Notes under the pieces: generated by a model
What the model was told of the DNA's origin: nothing
Database searches by the model: none
What the model saw: only the letters and a program-made list of their open reading frames with translations
NCBI GenBank assembly: GCA_050013255.1
Contig: JBEKFP010000001.1
Location: 960,001 to 1,024,000 of the forward strand
DNA length: 64,000 bases
Direction of reading: 5' to 3'
From: Candidatus Bathyarchaeia archaeon
GTDB taxonomy: Archaea; Thermoproteota; Bathyarchaeia; 40CM-2-53-6
Shown: positions 38,067-47,800 of the stretch, one piece after another
Layout: each line of letters begins with the position of its first letter
Position numbering within the stretch: the first letter of the stretch is position 1
Program-made: the position numbers and the translations under genes

Positions 38067-39260
38067 TTAGGAAACAATGCGTGCCTGCTGCAGACCGATG
38101 GCAATGAAGAGGCTCGTCTGGATGGATAGGAGTGATGTTCCGATTGTCAATGGACCCAGTGGGTTGGTCTGAATTTGGCCGCTTTGGACTTGAGATGCAA
38201 TGGTCATGACTTCTTGTTGAACGGCTGCTGGGACGTTATTGGTGTTCAGTTCGATTTCCAGCCCTCCGGTCTGGAGGTTTGCCCAGTATTTCCCGTTTGT
38301 CTTACCCGCCGCTACGTCAGCAAGCCATTGTTTCATTACTGCGTCCCATTTCCAAGAGCCGCTACCGAGGACCAATTTCTCAGCGCCTACTGGTGGGTTA
38401 TCTGCGATGTCAACGCCGTTACCGATCAGATACACGTTCTTCTCGATTGCGCCTTCAATTGTTCCTAGTACGACGCCGTCGCCCATCGTTGCGATTACGT
38501 CGGCTCCCTGGCTTGCCATCAATTCAGCATCGGATTTGGCGCCCTGCAAATCGTGGAAGTCACCCACTGCGACAACACTGATGCTACCGCCTGGCTGAAT
38601 GCCATTGCCGCCACCCGGAAGTGGTCCATATGTGTACGTTATGTTGGAGTTTGCGTCATGGGCTCCTTGCGCAAAGTTAGGTTCGAATCTTGCAAGTTCA
38701 GCGACTCTTGCACCCATTACGTATCCGATCTTGTTGGTGTGAGACATTTTTCCGGCGAGGTAGCCGAGAATGTACCCGGTTTGGTCCGTTCGGACATCTG
38801 CGATGGCAAGGTTTGGTAGTGAGTTATTCCATCCTGCGATCACTAGGAAGTTTGTGTTGGGGTATTGTGGAGCAATTTCCTGAATGGGGATCTGGAACTC
38901 GAAACCGGAACCGATGATCAGGTTGTATCCTTTGCTGACGAAGTCTCTGACGTCAGCCTGAATCTGAGCGCTTTCTTGGTGGTTTTGTACCCAGCATCCG
39001 CAGGTGTTTATGCCCTCGTTCCTGTTGGTCAGTAGGTCTTCGAATGAATTGTAGCTTGCTTGGTTCCATGCAAGGTCGTCTGTTCGGCCGGGCATTATCA
39101 ATGCGATTTTCATCGGCGCGCTTGTCATGGATTCAGTTATTGAAGTGTTTGTGGCGGGTACCGTTGGCTTCTGTGTAAGGTAGAATGCTGCGCCAGCGAC
39201 GATGATGATAACTACGATTGCTACAGCAGCGATTGTTTTGTTGTTCTTTGCTTGGCTCAT
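38067..39260 (-). CDS. BMP family (nucleoside/purine) ABC substrate-binding protein, N-terminal membrane anchor
   Basis: DDLAWNQ, GYNLIIGSGFEF, GYILGYLAG, GADVI; leads the ABC operon. Confidence 0.88.
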   Translation of the reverse strand: MSQAKNNKTIAAVAIVVIIIVAGAAFYLTQKPTVPATNTSITESMTSAPMKIALIMPGRTDDLAWNQASYNSFEDLLTNRNEGINTCGCWVQNHQESAQIQADVRDFVSKGYNLIIGSGFEFQIPIQEIAPQYPNTNFLVIAGWNNSLPNLAIADVRTDQTGYILGYLAGKMSHTNKIGYVMGARVAELARFEPNFAQGAHDANSNITYTYGPLPGGGNGIQPGGSISVVAVGDFHDLQGAKSDAELMASQGADVIATMGDGVVLGTIEGAIEKNVYLIGNGVDIADNPPVGAEKLVLGSGSWKWDAVMKQWLADVAAGKTNGKYWANLQTGGLEIELNTNNVPAAVQQEVMTIASQVQSGQIQTNPLGPLTIGTSLLSIQTSLFIAIGLQQARIVS

Positions 39261-39303
39261 AATGTATATTCAACTCTCCGTAACCGAGAGTGGCTGGTTC
39301 CAA

Positions 39304-40074
39304 CTAGATATAATTTGCGAAGGCTTCCCAGCCACGGTTATGCTGAAACAGCCACGTTTCCATAGCCAATGGCACGAATACGCTTTCAGTCGCGGATGTG
39401 GCGACGGGATTTAGCTTGTAGCCTATCAGACTTTGGGTGACTTTCTCATGGTCGTTATAGAATTCGCCGTACACAACTTGTCCCAATCCGGTGTCAAACC
39501 ACAAGGTCTCTGACAAAGTTCCATTCTGCATAACCATGATCTTGAATGCTTGGAATTGGCCGAGAGGAGTCGAAACCTCATCCATTGACGAAGTTATTCT
39601 CACCTGTAAGAGCAATGCAGTCGAAGTGATGGTTGTGTTATTCAGCTTGGTTATGGTTAGCACTGTGCTCTTCACATTCCATTGGTCTCCAACATGGAAG
39701 GGGACTTGAAAGAGTTGGACAGGTGGTTTGTAGGTTATTGTGGAGTTAGCGAGTAGGTTTCCGATAGCTGGCGTGAACGTTCTGACTTCATGCCAATCAA
39801 GCGTGATCCAGAGGTATTGAGTCGAAATATGGTGTGGATCATCGCGTAGAATCATGTACGTTTCTGTACCATTCAAATCGATAATTCCTCTGACTGACTC
39901 GGTTAACTGGTAGCTTTCAGAATCAGGAAATACAATCTTGTAGTTCCAGCTGTCCCCCACCGCCAATCGGCGACTCAACGCACCTTTCGACTCATGCCAC
40001 CTGATTGCTAGTGGATAGAAAACCACGAGGGCCGTCACCAAAAGTCCCAGTGCAATGATAGAGCGTTTTGACAG
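39304..40074 (-). CDS. hypothetical secreted or membrane-anchored beta-rich protein
   Basis: VGDSWNY, PFHVGDQW, VSTPLGQFQAF, WFD..LG patterns; a complete signal anchor needs a CTG start at 40074 (track start 40041). Confidence 0.7.
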   Translation of the reverse strand: MSKRSIIALGLLVTALVVFYPLAIRWHESKGALSRRLAVGDSWNYKIVFPDSESYQLTESVRGIIDLNGTETYMILRDDPHHISTQYLWITLDWHEVRTFTPAIGNLLANSTITYKPPVQLFQVPFHVGDQWNVKSTVLTITKLNNTTITSTALLLQVRITSSMDEVSTPLGQFQAFKIMVMQNGTLSETLWFDTGLGQVVYGEFYNDHEKVTQSLIGYKLNPVATSATESVFVPLAMETWLFQHNRGWEAFANYI

Positions 40075-40169
40075 AATCCGCCCGCCTTTCTATACTTGTC
40101 AGGTTTGTTGCACAGGGAATTCAATTAAAGCAGACCCGTGCAACTCAGGCACCCGGCGAAGTGGTCATC

Positions 40170-41561
40170 ATGGCATCTATTCTGATTTCCGGCGGGACAG
40201 TCATAACCATGGATGCGAATCGGCGGATTATTAGGGACGGAGCGGTTCGGGTCGAAAACGACCGTATCGCCGAAGTGGGGAAGGCAGACCAAATTGGGGT
40301 GCATCCGCGGCCTGAGTACGAAATAGACGCGAAAGGGATGGTCGTCCTTCCGGGGCTAATTGATACGCACGTTCACCTCGCCCAAGCTCTTATTCGTGGA
40401 TGTGCGGACGATACATCATTAATAGATTGGCTTCAGAAATTTGTCTGGCCCCTTCAAGGCAACTTCGAAGCAGGGGATGGGAAGGCAAGTGCCAATCTGT
40501 GCATGCTTGAAATGATAAAATCCGGAACGACAACCTTCCTCGAGAGCCTACTGCACACGCGTTACGGCTTCGATGGCATAGCCGAAAGCGTGCAGAAGTC
40601 AGGAATGCGTGGCATCCTCTCAAAGACTGTTATGGGATTGCCGGGCTACGGAACCGAAAAAAGCATAATGCATCCCGGAATGATCGAAGACGCTGAAACC
40701 TGCCTTCGCGAAGTCGAATCACACTTCAAACGGTGGGACGGCAAAGCGAACGAGAGGATTAAGGTTTGGTATGGTGCTCGGTCGCTTGGTGGCTGCACAA
40801 AAGACCTGTACGAACGTATCGCAAACGGCGCTCGGGGTCTCGGAACCGGAGTAACGATGCACCTGAGTGAGGTTCAGGAGGACGTTCGGTATGCCAAGAA
40901 AGAGTTCGGAATGATGCCAGCGGAATTCATGAATAAAGTCGGTTTAGTGGGCCAGAATGTTGTTTTCGCCCACGGGGTCTGGCTCACTGAGAAGGAATGG
41001 CGAATATTGGCCGATAAGGGAGGTAGTGTTGCCCATTGCCCATCATCTAACATGAAGCTTGCATCTGGAATTGCGAAGGTCCCGGAGATGTTGCGAGCGG
41101 GAGTGAATGTGGGTCTCGGATGTGACGGTGGCCCAAGCAACAACTGCTACGACATTGTTCGTGAAATGAAAACGGCTTCGCTACTTCAAAAGGCAAGGTT
41201 GCTCGACCCACTAGTGATGAGTGCTGAGACGGTTCTGGAAATGGCCACGATCCACGGAGCAAAAGCCATTGGCCAGCAGAAAGACTTGGGGTCGATCGAG
41301 GTGGATAAGAAGGCTGATGTAATCTTGATAGCACTGAACAAACCTCACCTGACACCGGTTTTCAACCCAGTTTCACACCTCATTTACGCGGCGGAGGGAA
41401 CCGATGTCGAAACTGTGATAATTGATGGAGAAGTCGTAATGGAAAACAGAAACCTCAAAACACTCGAAGAGGAGGAAGTCCTCAAAGAGGCAAACGAAAG
41501 GGGCCAAAAGCTCTTGGAAAGGGCGGGTCTCGAAATCGAACCCAAGTGGGCGGTTTCCTAA
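40170..41561 (+). CDS. amidohydrolase/deaminase (MtaD/SsnA/Atz-Trz family)
   Basis: PGLIDTHVHLAQ, HLSE, FAHGVW, HCPSSNMKLASG, GCDGGPSNN; ATG at 40170. Confidence 0.9.
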   Translation: MASILISGGTVITMDANRRIIRDGAVRVENDRIAEVGKADQIGVHPRPEYEIDAKGMVVLPGLIDTHVHLAQALIRGCADDTSLIDWLQKFVWPLQGNFEAGDGKASANLCMLEMIKSGTTTFLESLLHTRYGFDGIAESVQKSGMRGILSKTVMGLPGYGTEKSIMHPGMIEDAETCLREVESHFKRWDGKANERIKVWYGARSLGGCTKDLYERIANGARGLGTGVTMHLSEVQEDVRYAKKEFGMMPAEFMNKVGLVGQNVVFAHGVWLTEKEWRILADKGGSVAHCPSSNMKLASGIAKVPEMLRAGVNVGLGCDGGPSNNCYDIVREMKTASLLQKARLLDPLVMSAETVLEMATIHGAKAIGQQKDLGSIEVDKKADVILIALNKPHLTPVFNPVSHLIYAAEGTDVETVIIDGEVVMENRNLKTLEEEEVLKEANERGQKLLERAGLEIEPKWAVS

Positions 41562-41618
41562 GAATCTACCATAAGGTTCAAGTTTGAAGTAGCGTTGCGA
41601 AATGGTGGTCTGAGGCAA

Positions 41619-42671
41619 ATGAGCATAAAGTGGGCGAAATCGCGTAAGGTCGCTGACGGCGTATTCCAAACGATTGGCCGGACTCCACTCGTTAAACTGC
41701 GGAGGATACCGGCCTCTGAGGTGGTCAAAGCGAACATTCTGGTTAAACTTGAGTACATGAATCCTACCGGCAGCCTCAAGGACCGTATATATTTCGAAAT
41801 GATAACGAGGGCGATTGAGCGCGGGGATTTGCGGCCTGAAATGGAGATACTGGAAGCTTCTACGGGTAATGCAGGTATCGCTTGCTCATTTGTTGGCACT
41901 ACGCTAGGTCACAAGGTAACGATCGTTATGCCTGCGGGCATGAGCCAAGAGAGGATGAAGATCATACGGGCTTACGGAGCCGAGATCATTACAACGCCAG
42001 GGGCAGAAAGCGACGTGGACTTATGTCTGAAGAAGATTGAGGAACTGAAGCAGGCAAGTCCAGGCAAATATTGGGAGCCTGGCCAGTTCAGCAACAAAGA
42101 CAATGTTGCCGCCCATTACAAAACGACTGGCCCTGAGATTTGGGAGCAGAGCGGAGGAAAAGTTGACTGTTTCCTAGCGTCGCAAGGAACTGGGGGAACT
42201 TTGACGGGTGTTGGCAAATACCTGAGAAAGAAGAAAAAGAAGGTGGCGCTTTTCGCAGTGGAACCGTCAGAAGCACCAATCCTAGCTCACCGTCAATGGG
42301 GAACTCACAAGATCGAAGGAATTGGAGACGGGTTTGTCCCGGTAAACCTCGACCTTAGCTATCTCACAGGAATAATTACAACTGGTTCCGATGAATCCAT
42401 TGAAATGGGCAGAAGGCTAGCTAGAGAAGAAGGAATCTTCTGCGGGATATCCTCAGGATGCAATGTACTTGCAGCAATAAAGGTCGCCAAGCGTCACCCT
42501 GGATACAAAACGATTGTAACGATGGTGAATGACACCGGCCAACGATACTTCTCAACCGAGCTCTGCGGCGAAAAGAAACATGTGGAAGTCCCAGAAAGAG
42601 AACATCCACTTGACGAGTATACCACTACGCAGCTGGACAGGTATCAATCGCGTTGGGAAATTGTTGAATGA
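41619..42671 (+). CDS. cysteine synthase-like PLP enzyme (fold type II)
   Basis: NPTGSLKDR, EASTGNAG, GTGGT, HKIEGIG, GISSG; ATG at 41619. Confidence 0.85.
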   Translation: MSIKWAKSRKVADGVFQTIGRTPLVKLRRIPASEVVKANILVKLEYMNPTGSLKDRIYFEMITRAIERGDLRPEMEILEASTGNAGIACSFVGTTLGHKVTIVMPAGMSQERMKIIRAYGAEIITTPGAESDVDLCLKKIEELKQASPGKYWEPGQFSNKDNVAAHYKTTGPEIWEQSGGKVDCFLASQGTGGTLTGVGKYLRKKKKKVALFAVEPSEAPILAHRQWGTHKIEGIGDGFVPVNLDLSYLTGIITTGSDESIEMGRRLAREEGIFCGISSGCNVLAAIKVAKRHPGYKTIVTMVNDTGQRYFSTELCGEKKHVEVPEREHPLDEYTTTQLDRYQSRWEIVE

Positions 42672-43918
42672 AGTCCTTCCTTAAGCTCATGAAGTGCGCT
42701 CGCTGTGGGAGGGAGTACGAACCTGGCTCTGGCGCGATCCGGTGCGCAAATCACGATGACGGCCGCTTAGATATCTTCTATGACTACGAAGCTTTGCGCG
42801 GTGCCATCAACATAGAGGCACTGTCGAGAAGGCCAAACGGAGTTTGGAAGTACAGGGAACTTTTGCCGATTAACGATCCGAAGAACATAGTCAGCCTCGG
42901 AGAAGGCGGAACCCCCTTTCTGCGGGCACATCGATTGGGCGAGAAGCTAGGCTTGGATAATCTTTGGCTGCTGGATGACACTCGCAATCCGACCGCCTCG
43001 TTCAAAGACAGACCGATGACTGTTGGCGTCTCGAAAGCTGTTGAGCTGGGCTACCGGACTGTTGTGTCAGCCTCAAGTGGTAACGCTGCTGCAGCGTTAT
43101 CGGCCTACTCAGCGAAGGCAGGGCTCCGATGCATCACCTTCGTCCCAGAGATGACGAGCATAGGAAAATTGGCCCAGCTAACGATGTACGGGGCTCACGT
43201 CGTCAAGGTTCGAGGGTTAGAATCAGGGGAGGACCCAACTGTGAGAATGCTCAAGGCTGTTTGCGACCAGAACAACTGGTACCCTTGCCCAAGCTTTGGC
43301 CCCATGAACCCGTACCAAGCAGAGGGCCCGAAGACTATGTCCTATGAGATCGTTGAAGGGCTCGGTTGGGAAGTCCCCAACTGGGTCTTCGTTCCGGTGG
43401 GCGCAGGGGGTGCACTGGCGGGAAACTGGAAAGGCTACCTCGATTTTCAAAACTTAGGTTTCATAAAATCAATGCCGAGAATGGCCGCGGTCCAATCGAC
43501 CGGTTGCGCGCCCGTAATTCGGGCCTACGAGCAAGGCGCCGACCCAAAGAACATAGTTCCGTGGGAAATGGCCGACTCCATTGCAACAGGACTCATGGAC
43601 CCATATCCTTGGGATGGCGATGCGGCTCTTGTTGCCATCCGCAACTCTCATGGCGCGGCCGTTGCAGTTTCGAACGACGAAATCCTAGAAGCACAGAGGA
43701 AGCTCGCCAAATACGAAGGAATTTTCGCTGAACCGTCCGGCGTAACATCGCTAGCCGGCGTGATCAAAGAACGTGAAAATATAGACAGGGCTGATTGTGT
43801 TGTAGTGGAGATAACGGGAAGCGGTTTGAAAGATCCGAATGTGGCAACAAGAGGAATGCCAGAGATACCTATCATTGACGCCTCAATGCAAGAATTGGAT
43901 CGTGTACTGAAACTCTAG
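42668..43918 (+). CDS. threonine synthase-like PLP enzyme (fold type II)
   Basis: N-terminal CxxC, SLGEGGTP, NPTASFKDR, ASSGNAA, EGIFAEPS, TGSGLKD. Confidence 0.88.
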   Translation: MKSFLKLMKCARCGREYEPGSGAIRCANHDDGRLDIFYDYEALRGAINIEALSRRPNGVWKYRELLPINDPKNIVSLGEGGTPFLRAHRLGEKLGLDNLWLLDDTRNPTASFKDRPMTVGVSKAVELGYRTVVSASSGNAAAALSAYSAKAGLRCITFVPEMTSIGKLAQLTMYGAHVVKVRGLESGEDPTVRMLKAVCDQNNWYPCPSFGPMNPYQAEGPKTMSYEIVEGLGWEVPNWVFVPVGAGGALAGNWKGYLDFQNLGFIKSMPRMAAVQSTGCAPVIRAYEQGADPKNIVPWEMADSIATGLMDPYPWDGDAALVAIRNSHGAAVAVSNDEILEAQRKLAKYEGIFAEPSGVTSLAGVIKERENIDRADCVVVEITGSGLKDPNVATRGMPEIPIIDASMQELDRVLKL

Positions 43919-43933
43919 TTCAAGGAGGCGTCC

Positions 43934-44962
43934 TCACTTTTTCCTGCGGCCCATGGTCACTGCGAGAACGGCCATTTTGGTGTACATGCCATTCTCCGCT
44001 TGGGGATAGATAACCGACTGTGGGCCATCCATTACTTGATCGGTAGCTTCTTCTCCGCGAAGCACAGGCAGCACATGAGTCACGACAGCCTTTCTGTCCA
44101 TCCTATCAAGTAAATCCTGATTCAACGTCCAATCGCGGTACTTCTCATGTAATTCCATCTCTCTTTCCTTCCCAAACTTACTTGCCCCAACTTGAAGCAA
44201 TTCATATGACGCCCAATTTCTAGGGAAGACCGCATGGGCTCCCTCGATTGCTGATTTCAAATCGTTTGAGACTTGAAAGCTGCCACCCGCCTCTGTGGCG
44301 TTTGATTTTGCTGTTTCCACTATCTTTGGGTCAATTTCGAAGCCCGGCGGGTGGGCCAGAACAACGTCCATTCCGAAGCGGGGCATGATCAATGCCTCCT
44401 CTTGTATACTACACCTGCCACGGAAGCTCTTCGCGTACCCCCACATTATGACATACTTCTTACCCTGCACCTTACCCAATGATTCCTGAACGGTCATCAA
44501 ATCGGCAAGTCCCTGAGTCGGGTGGTAAGTACAGCATGCCATGTTAATGACGGGAATCTCCGCATGTTCTGCGTACTCTCGAACGACGGAAACACCAGCA
44601 CCGTAAACGTAATCGATTGCTGAATCTAGAATTCGAATCCCTAACCCGTGGCCATATTTCTCATACATCTTAGCCACATCCTTCGGAGCTTCCCCCGACC
44701 CGAGCCGGGTTGTTGAGACGTCGATATACTGCGCATGGCCGCCTAGGTATGTCATACCAGCTTCAAACGCAGCTCTCGTCCTGGTCGAGGGCGCATAAAA
44801 CAACATGAAAAACGTCTTATCACGAAGAAGGGGTGGGACGCGGCCGCGCCTATATTTCGCCTTCAGGTCCCGTGCCACTTTGAGCGTTGCCCTGAGTTCA
44901 TCAAGCGACCAATCTTGCGTGGTGATTAAGTCTCTACCGGCCAAATCAACTTTCGGCATCAA
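43934..44962 (-). CDS. carbamoyltransferase, YgeW/AOTCase-like (copy A)
   Basis: FYAPSTRT, HPTQ, RFGMDVVLAHP, HVLP instead of HCLP, QAEN. Confidence 0.88.
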   Translation of the reverse strand: MMPKVDLAGRDLITTQDWSLDELRATLKVARDLKAKYRRGRVPPLLRDKTFFMLFYAPSTRTRAAFEAGMTYLGGHAQYIDVSTTRLGSGEAPKDVAKMYEKYGHGLGIRILDSAIDYVYGAGVSVVREYAEHAEIPVINMACCTYHPTQGLADLMTVQESLGKVQGKKYVIMWGYAKSFRGRCSIQEEALIMPRFGMDVVLAHPPGFEIDPKIVETAKSNATEAGGSFQVSNDLKSAIEGAHAVFPRNWASYELLQVGASKFGKEREMELHEKYRDWTLNQDLLDRMDRKAVVTHVLPVLRGEEATDQVMDGPQSVIYPQAENGMYTKMAVLAVTMGRRKK

Positions 44963-45088
44963 AAGCTCCTCTATTTATCTCGCAGACAATCTTTCGGACT
45001 AGATAGAACTTTCCGAAACGGGGAAAATCATGAAAGTTCATAAATGGTAGAGCGAGAGCTTGTGCCTCTCTCGTGAGATGAAGCGAGA

Positions 45089-46042
45089 TTGACTGACAAA
45101 CTCATGGTGATCGCCCTCGGCGGAAACGCCCTTCTCCAGCGAGGACAGAAAGGTTCCTTCGATGACCAATACCGTAACGTAAAGGTTACCGTATCGAAAA
45201 TCGCGGATCTGGTCCAGCGCGGATACAAGATAGTCATGACCCATGGGAACGGCCCGCAAGTGGGTGCCACACTTCTGAGGCACGAGGCCGCTAAGAATAT
45301 CGTCCCGGCTTTTCCACTTGATGCATGCGGCGCTGAGACCCAAGGTTTCATTGGATATATGATCCAGCAGGCCCTCAGGAACGAGCTCAAATCCCGCGGA
45401 ATCGACAAGTACGTTGTTACCATAATAACGCGGGTCATTGTCGACAAGCATGATTCCGCCTTTCAGAACCCAACAAAACCAATCGGCCCTTTCTATTCGA
45501 AAGAGGAAGCAGCCAAAGTGAAAGAGCAGAAGCCTGAGTTGGTTATCAAGGAGGATGCTGGCCGCGGCTATAGACGAGTAGTGCCCTCTCCTGACCCGAA
45601 GATAATTGCGGAGCGTTCCGCCATCAGAGCCCTAGTGGATGCTGATTTCGTCGTGGTCGCTTGTGGCGGCGGTGGAATTCCAATCATTGAAGAGAACGGC
45701 CACGCCGTCGGAGTTGAGGCAGTGATCGATAAAGACCTGGGCGGCCAACGGTTAGCAACGCTAATTGGTGCAAACATATTTGTCATCCTAACTGACGTGG
45801 ACGGCGCCTACATAAACTACGGAACCTCGAAACAAGAATTGATCAAAGAAGCAACCTCAGGCATGCTGAGGAATCACCTTCGAGATGGACAGTTCAAAGA
45901 AGGGAGCATGGCGCCAAAGGTCGAGGCCGCAATCAGATTTGTTGAGAGCGGCGGGGAACGTGCAGTAATTGCGGCTCTAGGAAACTTAACCGAAGCCGTT
46001 GACGGAAAGACTGGGACACAAATCGTAATGCCAAGAGCTTAA
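45089..46042 (+). CDS. arcC: carbamate kinase
   Basis: ALGGNALL, THGNGPQVG, PTKPIGPFY, RRVVPSP, GVEAVIDKD, GSMAPKV. Confidence 0.96.
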   Translation: MTDKLMVIALGGNALLQRGQKGSFDDQYRNVKVTVSKIADLVQRGYKIVMTHGNGPQVGATLLRHEAAKNIVPAFPLDACGAETQGFIGYMIQQALRNELKSRGIDKYVVTIITRVIVDKHDSAFQNPTKPIGPFYSKEEAAKVKEQKPELVIKEDAGRGYRRVVPSPDPKIIAERSAIRALVDADFVVVACGGGGIPIIEENGHAVGVEAVIDKDLGGQRLATLIGANIFVILTDVDGAYINYGTSKQELIKEATSGMLRNHLRDGQFKEGSMAPKVEAAIRFVESGGERAVIAALGNLTEAVDGKTGTQIVMPRA

Positions 46043-46083
46043 TTCAAATAAGCGCAGGCAAACAGCCCGAGAAGGTAACCAAT

Positions 46084-47154
46084 ATGGTGTCGTTTGTAGG
46101 CAAATGGAAGGGTAAGCATTTCTTAGATACAGATGATTTCTCGCAAGAACAAATTAAGGAAGTTCTAGATGCAGCCGACGTATTGAGGAAACTATTCCGT
46201 GCCCGAAAGGAGCATCACTATCTCCCTGGAAAGACCCTCTTCATGATGTTTTATAACCGCTCTCTTAGGACAAGGAATTCTTTCGAGGCGGGAATGTATC
46301 AACTCGGCGGTCACGCCCACTTTCTTAGTCCACAAGACGTTTACACCCCCGCGCTTCCCGAAGACATGGTTGCCTATCAAACTGAAGCAATTTCAGACGT
46401 TTCACGTGTCCTGAGTAGGTATGGGGACGCGATTGCAATCAGAATCTATGGCGATGCAGCGAAATGGAACATAGGCAGAGGCCACAAGGTGGTTCGGGAA
46501 TTTGCAACGTACGCGACTATTCCAGTGTTGAACATGGAGGATGATATGTATCATCCATTCCAAGCTTTGGCCGATGCTCAGGCTATGAGAAATGCTATTC
46601 CTAAACTGAAGGGAAAGAAACTCGTTGTCTCTTATGCGTACTCTGGCGGACTAAAGCCACTGGCCGTCCCGCAAAGTGAGGTTCTAATCGGAACGCAGTT
46701 AGGAATGGATGTGGTCCTCGCGCACCCGCAAGGCTTCGAACTAGAAGACGTAGTCCTTGATGCCGCGAAGAAGAATGCGGATAGGTACGGCGGTGGGTTC
46801 CATGTAGTTAATGATATGAAGGAAGCCTTCAATGGCGCTGATGTAGTGTACCCGAAGGCTTGGTCGCCGAAGAACTATTTCCCTCCGCACCGCGACTCAC
46901 TAGACAAGACCGGCGCGACCACTTACCAAGACCAGTTCAAGGACTGGATATGCACCCAGCAAATGATGGATCTGACGAAGAAGGGTAAGTACATGCATTG
47001 CGGTCCGGCAGACCGGGGACAAGAAGTTACTGACGAAGTAATTGATAACATGAGTTACTCACTATACTTCGAGCAAGCCGAGAACAGGTTGCACGCCCAA
47101 AAAGCTGTAATGGCTATGGTCATGGGGGATCGCGGCACAACACGCCGAAAGTAA
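46084..47154 (+). CDS. carbamoyltransferase, YgeW-like (copy B)
   Basis: FYNRSLRT, HPFQ, AYSGGLKPLAVPQS, ADVVYPKAW, KDWICT, YMHCGPAD, QAENRLH. Confidence 0.88.
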   Translation: MVSFVGKWKGKHFLDTDDFSQEQIKEVLDAADVLRKLFRARKEHHYLPGKTLFMMFYNRSLRTRNSFEAGMYQLGGHAHFLSPQDVYTPALPEDMVAYQTEAISDVSRVLSRYGDAIAIRIYGDAAKWNIGRGHKVVREFATYATIPVLNMEDDMYHPFQALADAQAMRNAIPKLKGKKLVVSYAYSGGLKPLAVPQSEVLIGTQLGMDVVLAHPQGFELEDVVLDAAKKNADRYGGGFHVVNDMKEAFNGADVVYPKAWSPKNYFPPHRDSLDKTGATTYQDQFKDWICTQQMMDLTKKGKYMHCGPADRGQEVTDEVIDNMSYSLYFEQAENRLHAQKAVMAMVMGDRGTTRRK

Positions 47155-47176
47155 GAAAGAGAATTAGTAATTACGC

Positions 47177-47707
47177 ATGCCCGTAGGGATCCGAAGAACT
47201 GGTAGCGGCATGTCCAAGGCTAGACCCAGTTCAATTGTACTCGCAAACTGGGGAAGGCGTTTCATCGCCTGGTTCATCGATTACATCATCATTAATGTGA
47301 TGCTTGCATACATCAGGTTGGAAGACCTAGAATTCCAACTTGTTCCAGCAATCCTTCTGCCACGCTTGCCGGGATTCGATATTTCCATCTGGTCGCCATT
47401 GTCCGTTATGGCCTTCTTTCTCTACTGGGCCCTTTCGGAATGGTACTTCGGAAGGTCGATTGGCCAGCTCTTACTGAATATTCGACTAGCAGACCTTCAA
47501 GGGAAAAGGCCAAGCCTGAAAGCTTCCGCGATACAGAGCGTGGGAAAGTCCCTTCTCTTGCCCGTTGATTGCTTGATTGGTTGGGTCTACTCGCCGTGCC
47601 GCGTGAATAGGCAGAGGTTCTTCAACGGGCTGTCTAATACTATTGTCATATTCATTGGGTCGCCAACGCGCACCGTGAAACAGGGCGAATATGCGAGAGA
47701 ACCGTGA
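47177..47707 (+). CDS. RDD family membrane protein
   Basis: ANWGRRFIAWFID, GRSIG, RQR. Confidence 0.85.
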   Translation: MPVGIRRTGSGMSKARPSSIVLANWGRRFIAWFIDYIIINVMLAYIRLEDLEFQLVPAILLPRLPGFDISIWSPLSVMAFFLYWALSEWYFGRSIGQLLLNIRLADLQGKRPSLKASAIQSVGKSLLLPVDCLIGWVYSPCRVNRQRFFNGLSNTIVIFIGSPTRTVKQGEYAREP

Positions 47708-47800
47708 ATTCGAAACACGGAACCTGAACAGCAAGATTGCGTTTGGTAGGTTAAGGGTCGGGCTTATAATTCATGAATCGAAAGGATACTCGGAAGCAAG

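Noticed and set aside
43934-47154. Arginine deiminase pathway (argF/arcB + arcC)
   Set aside because: No arginine or agmatine deiminase nearby, and both transferases lack OTCase substrate motifs
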